A stretch of 64,000 nucleotides of DNA from Psammoneis japonica (Eukaryota). Location of the stretch: NCBI GenBank assembly GCA_008632985.1, contig QPGO01000137.1, forward strand, positions 124,001 to 188,000, in the 5' to 3' direction. Made by a program: the position numbers and the translations under genes. Positions 12,251 to 23,200 of the stretch are shown one piece after another. A model generated the notes under the pieces. That model saw only the letters and a program-made list of their open reading frames with translations. It made no database searches and was not told where the DNA came from. Each line of letters begins with the position of its first letter. The stretch's first letter is position 1.

Positions 12251-14029
12251 GCTGAGCTCAACCATTCTCTGGCGCTGTTTGACCCTGAAATCAAGCAAGA
12301 CTTGACCACCACCAAAGGTCTCCAGCCATGTGTGGAGCCATGCAAGTGATGAAGAACTCATTTGCTTTGGTGTTGAAACATGAAACACCAAGAAATGCAC
12401 CACTCTGGGTGGAAGTTGGTGCATCACCAGCAGTGATGTCATGATGTTTTGTCCATCTTTGAGTGGCCAGCAGAGTGGCCAGATCAACTCGCAAGAAGCT
12501 CTCCATTGCAGTTGTCTGCCATTCCATCCAGTCAAACTGGGGCTGTCAAGTGCAAGAACATTGATGTCATGCACCCACAATTTGCTTGGTCAAGCATTTC
12601 AGTTGAGGTCACAACACCCAGTTGTGGCACGCCTTCATGAGTTGTCCACCGTGTTGTGCCAGTGCAACAGAATTGGCCTTCAGATGCATGAATTGCCAAT
12701 GCCATGCTGAAGTTGTGGAGGCAAGGGTCATCAAGAAAAGAGCTGCAGATTTGGTGGTGTCTCAAGCAAACAGAACATGAGGCAAACAAACAAATTGTGG
12801 AGCAGAGTTGCCAAAATCACAACAAATTTGCAAAGACAAGAACCAAATCTCATCTCTTGCTCTCTTCTTCCAGAGAACAAGTCACAGTGCTGTGATGCCT
12901 GCTCAGAGAACAAAGTGGGTTGTCTCTCTCTTGAGGTTGCACAATCCATGGTGCAGAAGCCAGAAGATGCGGCGCTGACAACAAAAATGCCACAAGTTCT
13001 AAAGACACACAAACCACAAGCAGACATGATTTTCTTCATCACCTGCATGGAGCAATTGCACTGCATGACAAACACTGCACAACAGACAACAATGTGCCCA
13101 ATGGTCAATGGCTGCTGCTGCAGTGGGACTGCACACTTTCATTTTTTTGGCTCCCACACAACCCCACATGTGATGCACAAAATCATGCCAAATCCTGCAC
13201 AACTGTCATGCAGTGAGCACCAATGGTTCAAAACACTCTTGCTTGTTCAAAAAAATTGAGACAGATGGAGTGCCACTTTGCTGTTGCTGCAGTCACTGAT
13301 GTGACAATGGGTGCTGAACACAGGTCACAGGTGCTTGGCTTCATTGAACACTCAAACCTCATCATTTTGTGCAGTGTTGGTTCACAGGAGGGCAGAAAAA
13401 GCTGGGTGAAAGGGTCAGCCAACAATTCCTGTTGATCTGCCATGGTTGTTTTTCAACCTCAAAGGCAACCAAGGTCTTGCTGATGCCAAAGCTTGTGTTG
13501 TCATGCATCTTGAGGTGTTTTGGAGGAGAGACAGAATGAGCACAGCAGTTGTCTGTTGCCCCCACAAGATGATGTCATTCCATGATCCATGAGAAAGCAT
13601 CAATTTTTCATGTCGTCACAAATGTCAGCAAAGTGTTTCTGAGGCAATTCAACCCCAAATGGAGCTCATGAAGACCAGCAAAGTGCTTCACATGGAAATT
13701 CATGCTGCAGCTCAACAAGTGAAGAACACACTTTTGCAAAAAAGAGGAGGGTCCATGCCAAGCTGACAACAAAGTTGTTCAGCATCTGCCATTTGGTTGA
13801 TTTGTTGGTGCTGCTGTCACAAATTGGAAATGATGTGGGCCCTCATTTGTGGCTTGAAAGACTCATCTGCAGGCAACAAAGCTCAACTTTGGGAACACAA
13901 GTCAGCACTCCATGTGCAACAAGCAGTGGAGGTGCACCACCTGATGAGATGCCAAATTGTCCGCTGCTGGATGGCGTTGGCAACATGCGCACAAGTTGTT
14001 TGGCTGGTCATGTTCTCAGAAGTCAAGGC

Positions 14030-14072
14030 TCTCCTCCCCCCCCCCNTCTCTCTCTCTCTCTCTCTCCCCCCT
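14030..14072. repeat. poly-C/(TC)n microsatellite containing one N
   Basis: ctcctccccccccccntctctctctctctctctcccccc. Confidence 0.9.
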
Positions 14073-14302
14073 CCACAAAGAAAACAACAGCATTTGCAGG
14101 CACACTTTTGGCAAGCACTGTCCCAAGTTGCCAAAAGCTGTAGAAGCACCACGTTGTTGATTTTGAGGCTGGGTTGCTGATTGACAGACAGCGGTGAATG
14201 AGTTGTGGAGCATTGCATCTCTGGTGACACACCACACCTTGCATTGCTCAGAATGTTGGCACGCCATTTGGACATTTCTTCTTTTCCAAAGTGTTTGAAG
14301 CA

Positions 14303-14498
14303 CTCAGTTGCACTCCCCTTGACTTGTTTGGGAAGAGAAGTTGCAAGTTTCCACAGGTTTCTGAGGACACACAACGAATCCAATCAGAAAGGTGCCAAAA
14401 TCGCGACGTTCGAGTTTTTTAAAGAGCCACACAAAATGAGAAACCTGTGGAAACTTGTGACTTCTCTTCCCAAACAAGTCAAGGGGAGTGCAGTTGAG
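14303..14498. repeat. ~60-bp inverted repeat pair (14303-14362 / 14439-14498) with ~76-bp spacer
   Basis: ctcagttgcactccccttgacttgtttgggaagagaagttgcaagtttccacaggtttct matches the reverse complement of 14439-14498 with about 4 mismatches. Confidence 0.8.
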
Positions 14499-15155
14499 GA
14501 TGGATCTACGTGCTGCAGTCTGTTTTTTGGGAGCTCGCACTTTTTATAAAAATGACCCGGATTCGTTGCACCAAACACACGCGTTGTTCGCCAAAAAAAC
14601 ATTTCAGCGATGGGCCGAACTTTGTCCGCTTCAAAGACACTGCAGAGTGCACAAACAATGGTTTTGACCATGTGTGACTTTTACCTTGTCGACTGCAGAC
14701 ATGTCAACAGCCAGTCAAATGCCACTTGTCGGCAATTCCCGGAAAGTTGCGGCTTGTTTCCCATGAGAAGCCCGATTTTAGCGAAAATCAGCTGTTTTTT
14801 CGACCGGGCAACTGGGCAGAGGCCGACAAGTGGCATTTGAAGCACTGAATGTGCAGCTCTTATAGCCGTCTAACAGCCCCCAAGAGGGTTTGACGAACGC
14901 ATGAGTGTTCGGGGGCGTTCCGAGGCAGGTCAAAATAACACGGTGAAGTGCGGGAAATTCGAGCTATTTTAAATTAGACCGCTGCACCTAGATCCATCAA
15001 GTTGGCGAGCCGACTTTGGCGATTTGTGTAGAAAACATACTAAGCTCTACGTACGTAGAATCTGAAAACTTAGGACTTGGCATCGACTCTCATCGATTCC
15101 AATCCAACTTGAAACTTACTCGACAGAAACGACAACATCGCTGCAAGCCGTCACG

Positions 15156-16301
15156 ATGAGTTTGCTGCAAAAGTTCAGGCCGTTCCTGAAAGTTGCAGTT
15201 GCAGTCGTTGTGTTTCATGGCCTTTTTCAGATGTTGCGCCTTTCAGACGACTGCTCGACTGCAACGCTCAGCTCGGAAACAAGCAAAACGGCGATTCATC
15301 GAACGTCTCCTTTTGACATGCCCATCAAGGGTGAACGCTTTGAATTGTTCCAACCACTCTATGACTTGCCCACATCCGCCGCCACCATGATGGGACCTCC
15401 TGAACCGCTGATTGAAGATCTGACGAAACGGTTGACTTGGTTGGATGGAATCACGTATGTTGGACCAGAGACAAAACCAGCAACGGAACGAGCTCAGTTG
15501 GCCTATCTGGAAATCCTCAAAAGGATGGTGTCAGGGATTTCCTATGGTGCTGCTGAATTTGCTATCCAACCGAGAGTGAGGCAAGATCGTGGAAGAATGA
15601 TTCCTCTCAACGAGGGCCGGCGACAGAATGGGCAGGATTGGACTTATCTAGGTGACACAATGACTGGATACAAGCGCCTTGACAACGTCCGTAATTTGCT
15701 GACCGACGTGATCAACAACAACATTGAAGGAGACTACATCGAAACCGGTGTTTGGAGGGGAGGCTCTTCAATTTTTGCGCGTGCAGTCTTACATGTCCAT
15801 GGGCAGGCGAAGAATCGTACAAGCTATGTTTGTGATTCTTTTCGCGGGCTACCTCCTGGAGACAGAAACTTGACATTGAAATCTGATTTGGGTTGGGACA
15901 AAACCCCATACTTGGAAGTGCCAGCCGAAATTGTCGCACAAGGATTCCAGAAGTACAGTTTGCTCGATTCTAATGTAGTCTTTGCCAAAGGCTTCTTCAA
16001 CGAAACAATGCCGCCTCTTGGGAAACGAATCGAGAAGCTGGCAGTCATGAGACTGGATGGTGACATGTACGAGAGCACCGTGGATGTTCTCTATCATTTG
16101 TATGACAAGCTCAGCATCGGGGGTTATGTGATTATGGACGACTGGACTGGTTTTCCCTCAAAGGATGCCTGCCTCGACTTTTTCAAAGTCCATGGGATTT
16201 CACCGCAAATAATTCCAATTGATACTATGTCGGCATACTGGAAGAAAACGGAGCAAGTGGAAGTGCAGAAGTGGCGATATGCCAAGAACCAGTTTTCCTG
16301 A
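15156..16301 (+). CDS. TylF/MycF/NovP-family (macrocin) O-methyltransferase, type II membrane
   Basis: TMTGYKRLDN, IEGDYIETGVWRGG, CDSFRGLP, KGFFNETMP, LRLDGDMYEST-like motif and GGYVIMDD; N-terminal hydrophobic anchor. Confidence 0.9.
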   Translation: MSLLQKFRPFLKVAVAVVVFHGLFQMLRLSDDCSTATLSSETSKTAIHRTSPFDMPIKGERFELFQPLYDLPTSAATMMGPPEPLIEDLTKRLTWLDGITYVGPETKPATERAQLAYLEILKRMVSGISYGAAEFAIQPRVRQDRGRMIPLNEGRRQNGQDWTYLGDTMTGYKRLDNVRNLLTDVINNNIEGDYIETGVWRGGSSIFARAVLHVHGQAKNRTSYVCDSFRGLPPGDRNLTLKSDLGWDKTPYLEVPAEIVAQGFQKYSLLDSNVVFAKGFFNETMPPLGKRIEKLAVMRLDGDMYESTVDVLYHLYDKLSIGGYVIMDDWTGFPSKDACLDFFKVHGISPQIIPIDTMSAYWKKTEQVEVQKWRYAKNQFS

Positions 16302-17257
16302 GATACAATCGTATTGCCCAAATGTTTCGGAAAGCACTCGAGAAATTGGCGATCGGAGTGAATGAAGAGATGGTTCTGATGGTGAAGAGTATTTTAGATA
16401 AAAGGGGGCAACAATTTAGAAGCATCTAGAAGACGAAACAGAATTTAGAAAATTTTCCCCTCTAGTAGAGCTGACACTTATCTTAAATCTTACTCTGTCA
16501 AACCTTGCGGTAGGGCTCTGCGTCTGAATAGGTGGTAACCGCATGACGGGGACGTGCTCTCTGCAATCCCACACCTTGGCGGAAGACCTTCATGCTGGTC
16601 CTCAATTTGTTGAGTGTCGCTGCGTCAGTGACTATTCGTGCACAATGTTGTGAAGGTGGAAAAATTCTACAACATTGTGAATGCGCGACAGTCTCACCAC
16701 AACGACGACATGACAAATGAAAAACTGAGAACTGGTGGCTGCCCTCCGACTCAGTTCCAGTGACCACCCAACTCGGTCTTCAACCAAGCCACCGACAATT
16801 AAAAAGACAAAGGCAAAGAGGCAACAGGCAAAGTGCCAGCAAAGAATGAACTGGACAGTCTTGCTTGCAGATTTGAAGCACTGGTCAATGTCTCTGCTGA
16901 TGACAGGGCAGATTCAGGCAGAAGCAGAAGGGTGTTTTCTTGCATTCCAGAGAGCAGATTGTTGTCTTTCTCCCATCATCAACAAGTGACTCTCTCTTTC
17001 AAAATCTTCTGCACCAATGAAGTGGTTCTGTCATTTCTCACAAAGTGTCAGAGTCTGGTCCTGCCAGTGCTGGCACCACATGGATGACATGACAATCAAA
17101 TGGCAGCAATGCTGGATTTTCAAATTGAGGCAGCAGCAGCTCGGCATCAAGGGTTGCTGTCATGCCAAGTGTCAGAAGATTTGCTGCCACTGCCCAGGCA
17201 CACAATGCTCAAAGTGTGCCAACAATTTGTTGGTCCTGTCAATGCACAAGGCAAAAA

Positions 17258-17488
17258 GTGGTGTGTGAGATGGTGAGTGTGTGTGCAGTGTGACGAGTGG
17301 GACAAGCTTGTGTGCAGATTCTAGAGCAGAGAGCATGAATTCAATGTGACTTTTTTCTTTCTGCCATTTTCGAGTTTGTGGGGGATGCAAGCTTCATGAC
17401 TTGGCAAACAGCAAACAAACTTGTGTGACACAACCAGTCTAAATAAAAGACAGGCTTTCTGCAACAGCACAAACACCTGAAAATTTTG
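17258..17488. repeat. Decayed duplicate of the RPS18 upstream/promoter region (cf. 7775-7955)
   Basis: Shares tgtgagatggtgagtgtgtgtgc, gtgactttttt.ctttct and gcaacagca.aaacacct with 7780-7950. Confidence 0.75.
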
Positions 17489-17566
17489 ACATGGTCATTG
17501 TTTTAGAATCTGCTGCAAACCTCATTGAGCAGCATCAGCAATGTCGATGCAAAACCCAAAACCAAC

Positions 17567-18100
17567 ATGGCAGAACAAGAAGAGGAGTTTGAGACAGAAG
17601 GTGCACTCAAAGCTTGGTTGGAAAGCAAAGGGGTTGGGAGGTGCAAAGCAGCAGAAGCCATTGTTTTGTTCCACAAGGGTTTCGACAATCCAGATTGCTC
17701 AGTGGAATCAGCCCTGATGTCTTGCATGGAAATTGTCTTTCTGATGCCATTGCACAAACTTTGAGCAACAAGCTTGCCAAACAACAGAAGCAAGGTCAAT
17801 CTCCCACTGTGTGTGCATTGGGGAAAGGCTTGGTTGGTCTGGACAAATCACATGAGGAGCAATGCTGAATGTGCAACTCTTGAACCTCTAGAGCAAGATC
17901 ATGTGAGGACCCTTTTTGAAAGATTTGGCTTGATGGATGAAGATGAGAAGTTTTTTCAGTCAGCTTCACAAGTCCACCACCGGTGTTCTAAGGTTTGTTG
18001 CCCATGTGGTCAATTTCTTTGCAGATTGGCATCCCGGGGCAGGTAATGAAAAGGCAAAGAATGGGAGGGAAAGACATTGATCTGATGTGCCTTGGAGTTT
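17567..18100 (+). pseudogene. Decayed gene with a diatom SAM-like N-terminal module (MAEQEEEFETEGALKAWLESKGV...FDNP...LSNKL)
   Basis: Recognisable N-terminus of a multicopy diatom family (from recall, not searched), followed by frameshifts in TA-depleted sequence. Confidence 0.4.
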
Positions 18101-19388
18101 TGACAGTGTCTTTGTTGGGAAAGCAACCAAGAGATGAATCCTCTCCAAGGCAATGCTTGCAATCTGTGTGCATTCTTCATTGAGATGATTTGAGTCACTG
18201 CTCCGCATCTGCCTCTCAACCTTGATGCAAAAATCATTGGATCCAATGGGGGTTGGAAGCAAATTCAATCATGCTCAATGTGTGTGGTGTCTGTCTGCTG
18301 CACTTGAAGAAGCACACTGAAGTGGGAACATCTGAGCACCATTTTGTCACAATGCCCCCCAGCTGTTTGGACAATGTCTCGGCAGCCTGCCAGGATTTGC
18401 TCATCCCCTTTTGGGCTTCCTTGTGCAAAATAAATCCAGCCCAGGCAAGTGCACAAAAGACTCAGGAAGCATTCCAGAGTCAATGGCACAACAGCGTCCA
18501 TGCCCTTGTGTGAGTGAAGAGTCAAATCAAGGACAAAAAACATTGGTGGAGGTTCTTGAGTTTGTCAAGGATTTGAAAATTGCAGGCTCAACATTTGAGC
18601 CCAACACAGATCATGCACTCAAGAAGTTCTCCAAAATTGCTTTGGCTCCAAGTCCAGGCAACTTCATGCTGGCAGAAGGCAGTGCACAAGTCTTTCTTCT
18701 CCAACCAGCGTTGCTTTTTCTGTTGCCATGTGTGCTCTCTGCCATCAAAAGCCAGCATTGCTGTTTTGAAGATGCTGCCACCACTCAGCAGTGCCAAGAA
18801 AGCGCCCCCTTCAATGGCCGTGCCCTGCACCCAGTGCTTGCTTTGCTCACACAGATGTTTTTTTTGCAGTTTGAGAAAAAGAAAGGTGTCAGCTGCCATT
18901 GTCTTCATTGTTGATTGCACCTGTGCACTTGCAGCAGGTGCTTCAGTCATTGACAACTTGCACAGTGTCTGTCATTGAGGAGTTCCTCAGGGGGCACCTC
19001 TCCTCTGTCTCCTCTTGTGTGGTCACCAATTTTTTCCTGACAAAGTGGACACTCTCCACTGCTTTCAATGGCACTGAATGCACCAAGCACACAGGGGGAG
19101 ACAAGAGCTGCTGCAAGGCTTTAGAAGAGCTGTTTTGGATCAAGCTTGGCTGTCTCCTTGTCATCAAGCAAGGCATCATTGCAGCAATGCAGTGGAGCGA
19201 GCATTGCTGCTGTGTGGAGAGCTGAGAGAGCCTTCCAAACAACTTCGGCACCTTCTTTGTTGCCCACTCTCTAATCTCTTTGGGCTCTGAAAAGAGCTGG
19301 GAAGTTGGCACAGAGCAACAAGCAGCAGCGCAAGGCTCTTGTTGTTGGCTGTGATTGCGGAATTTCTTGCAACCACCACCAGCACTGG

Positions 19389-20575
19389 CATTGAGAACAA
19401 ACAAAATGTGCCAAAACTTGTGGCCCTGCATGAAGCTGTCTGGCCTGCAGCATTGAGCAAGAAGAATTTGTTGTGAATGGAAAAGACCTGGATGAAAAGA
19501 AAGCAAGCACAGACGACACAAGCAAGGGTGGATTTTCAATCCATCCATGATGATGTCATGATGAGATGATGACACATCCATCACACAAGTGATGGCAGTG
19601 TTGACATGACACAAATTTGCACAAAACATTGGCATGGAACATGAGCCACAAATTTCAGAAAAAGCCAATGCCCAACCCCAAATTGCCACACACGCCACTT
19701 GCCAGTGCTCCTTTAGAAGCCAGCGCTGCTTGTTGACATCAACGTCAAGTCAACTGGGGCTGCTTGCACCCTTTTGTCTGAGTTTTGTTTGATGAGCTGA
19801 ATTTTGGAGGTGAACTCAAGCTGTCAGGAGTGCAAAATCCCATGCATTTTTAGCTGGCTTGTCATCAACCTCGCTCTCACGCCACTCGCTCTTGTTGTGT
19901 TTCTTCAAAGTGGCAAGCTCATTTGCAAAACAACATGATGTGCTCAAGGGACTCACCTGGCACCTGATTTAAAGGAATGAGCAGAACTCAGCAAGGTCAA
20001 TTTGCATCTGATGAATTCTGGAGAAATGCATCCCCATGGATGTCCAGGATGATGTCATCTCAATCGCGCAGCGCCACATCATGCACACTCAGAAGCTGCA
20101 GTGTGTTGTCAACAACAAGCACGCAAAATTCTTTTAGCTGCTGACTGGCAGTTTTCAAGAATGGGATCACATCGGCTCTTTGCCATCATCATTTGTTGGC
20201 ATGCACTGCAGCTGACAAACAAAAACAAGTCGCGCCAGCCAAGTTTCTTTTTCGTGAACGCCAAACTTGTCAATTTTTGCAACCTGTGCAAAGAGCGGTT
20301 TCAGCGGGATGTTGTGCCCACATCTTGAACACATTCCTCATGCCAGCTTTTTTCACATGGTGTCCTTTTTTCGTTTCTCAAGAGCAAACACACAAACACA
20401 GAAAGGAGAAAGTGTTGTGCGATTATTTGTGTGCGGCGAGCTTGTACGTGGATTCTCGTATGAATTCTACGTGACTTTCTTACTTTCTACCGTTTTACTT
20501 GAAATAACTGTAATATTTGGTTTGAGTAAGGGAAAACAGACAGACTTCTTGCAACAGCATAAACACCTAAATTTT
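19389..20575 (-). pseudogene. RPS18: RPS18 pseudogene fragment: exon 2 start plus intron (19389-19583), ~740 bp of unrelated insert, then exon 1 and promoter (20322-20575)
   Basis: CCRPDSFMQGHKFWHILFVLNA versus [22 protein letters not shown]. Intron similarity (aaaagacc.ggatgaaaa, agacgac.ca). 20322-20575 matches 7655-7952 (acatggtgtccttttttcgtttctc, aaacagacagacttcttgcaacagcataaacacctaa). Confidence 0.8.
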
Positions 20576-20723
20576 GAGATTGTCGTAGTTGAAGACTGAT
20601 CTCCCGCGTTGCGTGCGCAAGATTTTTTCTCACGCGACGAGCGAGCGATGTGGCCCTTGAAACAGCTGTTTCATGTCTCATTTTTTTCTGTTTTTCTTTT
20701 TGTATGAATCTTCAACCGTCATC

Positions 20724-22743
20724 ATGTTTGTGACCATGGTGCAAAACAGGGCGTTAGCTGTCGGCTTGCTTTTTATGCTGGTCTCCATGAGTCATTATGA
20801 TTGTGCGGTAGTGTTTGGATTTGCTCCATCATGGAAAGGCAGACCACCACTTGTTCATTTCCACAACAACAACAACCCACTCTCCATGAGTGTCAATGGA
20901 AATGTCAATGGAAATACCAAGGACGACGACGATATTAACGGCAGCAAGGTCAATGGCAAGGTCAATGGAGGAGGAACAACTAGTACGGATCGCTCGTCGT
21001 TTGAATCTGCAGATAAATGGATGGACGCTGCCGTCAAGTCGACATTGGAAGAGGGTGGCTTTGATGATTCGTCCTTTCTTATTGGAATTCTTGGAGATTT
21101 GCATATTGATCCCCGCAAGATGGATGAATACGCACAGGGACACGGACATTGGCTTCCCATCTTTGAACGGGCCAAGCAAGCGCACGGCAATGCCGCTCTA
21201 GTTTCGTTGGGAGATTTGGGAGAGTCCAAGAATTGTGACCATAATGACGAGAACCCAGCGGAGTTGTTTGCGGGAACGACCCAATGTCACGAATTGGCAG
21301 CCGAGTTTCTATCAAGCTTTGGTGTGCCCTATGAAGTGATTGGTGGGAATCATGACTTGGAAGGTATTGATGAATTCAAGGTGAGTAACACGAGCCTTTT
21401 TTATTTTTATCCTCCCTGCCTCATGGGTCTGATTTTCATCTCTACTCATTCTTACCTATTTTTCTCCATAAAAAAAGTCGGACGAAGAAAATCTAGAGAT
21501 ATTTCTAAAGGCGCATAAAAAGGCAACGGCTCAGTTTTGTCGAGAAATTGCCGACAAGACGCTCTTGGTTGGACTTGGATCGACCGTCTTTCGAGAAGCA
21601 CCCTACACGTCACACGAAGTCATTATCGATACCGAACAAATCGAGTGGTTTGAGGATTTGTTACAGACACACCCGGCCGATGACGGATGGAAAATATTTG
21701 TCTTTACCCACGCTCCACCCAACGGATCGGGTTTACGTGTCCTGCAAGAAAATCACGTGGTCAATGGTTGTTGTTGGCTCAACCATTCCAATGAAGGACA
21801 GTGTCGGAAATTTATAGAGCTCGTTCGAGAGCACCGTGCCATCAAGGCTTGGTTTTCGGGGCATTTCCATTTGGGACAAGATTATCAAGATTCCATTACC
21901 TTCCCCACCATTGACCCATCCGAGGGGCCCTATCCAAACCGAGGGAGTTGTGTCTTTGCACAAACGTCCGTCATGCGAGCAGGCACGTCCAGAGATGGAC
22001 GACAACAATCGCGGTTGTTACGAGGGAACAAGAGGGGCTTTGAGATTTGTACCGTGGACCATAAACTGGGAGGCAAAATACGACTCGACGCGACCGTCAC
22101 CTACAAGGATTCGGGACACGAGGTTGGTATCTACGCCCACGACGATGAGGCGTACGAACATGATAATTATTTCAAAGTGTACCAGCCCACGGAGGGGGAT
22201 CAATCCTACTTTTGTGGGGCAGAGACGGATGAGGAGTGCTCCATTACAGACGATGAACCCGTTACAATGGAAACGAGAATTTGGTGGCGACTTAGTAATG
22301 GGAGAGTCCTGGGTGTCATGAATGGGATGCTCCTCGAGTACGATAGTTCCACCTTGGCACCGTTGGGACTTGTCTTGTACGCCGAAGAACTTTTAGGAAG
22401 AGCCATTGCTGTGGTTGACTCTGGTATTGACGAGTGTATCATTACGGATGATGAAGATGCAATGGAGGGTGTCGAGTGTGACGATCACTACCTAGAACGG
22501 GAACAAGCCGTAATTGTCTTTGATCCAGAAACAGGAAAAATCACCGTTGTTCAACCAAATGAGGATGGGTCGTATTGGAGAAAGATTGTCCGCAATAAGA
22601 TTGCAAGGATGAAAGAAAAGCGGAGGGAGCAAGCGGCTGTGCAATACGCCATGGAAAGGTTCTGTCAGAGCCCCGAAGATTCAAAGAAGAATGTCGTGTC
22701 TACATGGGGGCCATACATTACCACTTCAGGAAATGCGTTGTAA
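20724..22743 (+). CDS. Calcineurin-like metallophosphoesterase, probably plastid-targeted; intron 21381-21477
   Basis: GDLH, LGDLG, GGNHD, FTHAP and SGHFH motifs. The GTGAGT...AAG intron joins ORFs 20673..21518 and 21565..22743 in frame. Signal peptide plus GFAP. The 3' end is uncertain. Confidence 0.85.
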
Positions 22744-23200
22744 TTTTATCAACCTACATCTTAGTAAGGAGAGATTGTGCAGCACCCGTTGACATGGTAC
22801 TATTGGGGAGTGAGCGCTCTAGAGATTCCGCGTGCATTTCGTTGTCGCTTTCGAAAGAACGACTATACTTTAGAGAGTTTCTCTCAAGTTAGGGTTCGTA
22901 GTGGTCGAATACTATCTATCCCTTCCTTCCGAGTGACTTTGGTAGCAACAGTCATCACAAGAAGCATTGTCTTCAACTGTGGCTAGCGAGGGCGATAGAG
23001 GATGTTTTGCATATTCATTTGTAGCAGGACTTTGTGCGTTTATCTGTTTTCTAAAGACGCTACATTTATCGTCGCATTTCTTCATCTATCTGAAGCCGCC
23101 ACGGCCATTTCTCCCCATGTGTGAAGTATTTGTACTGATTCCCCCCGAGTGATGCAATGTTGATGACATGGGTAATACACGTACTGTGACTTCCGCCCTT

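Noticed and set aside
7953..14840. Numerous 60-417 aa ORFs in repeat blocks as real genes
   Set aside because: They are Cys/His-rich and Tyr-less, overlap in all frames and show no recognisable domains. Loss of TAA/TAG explains them.
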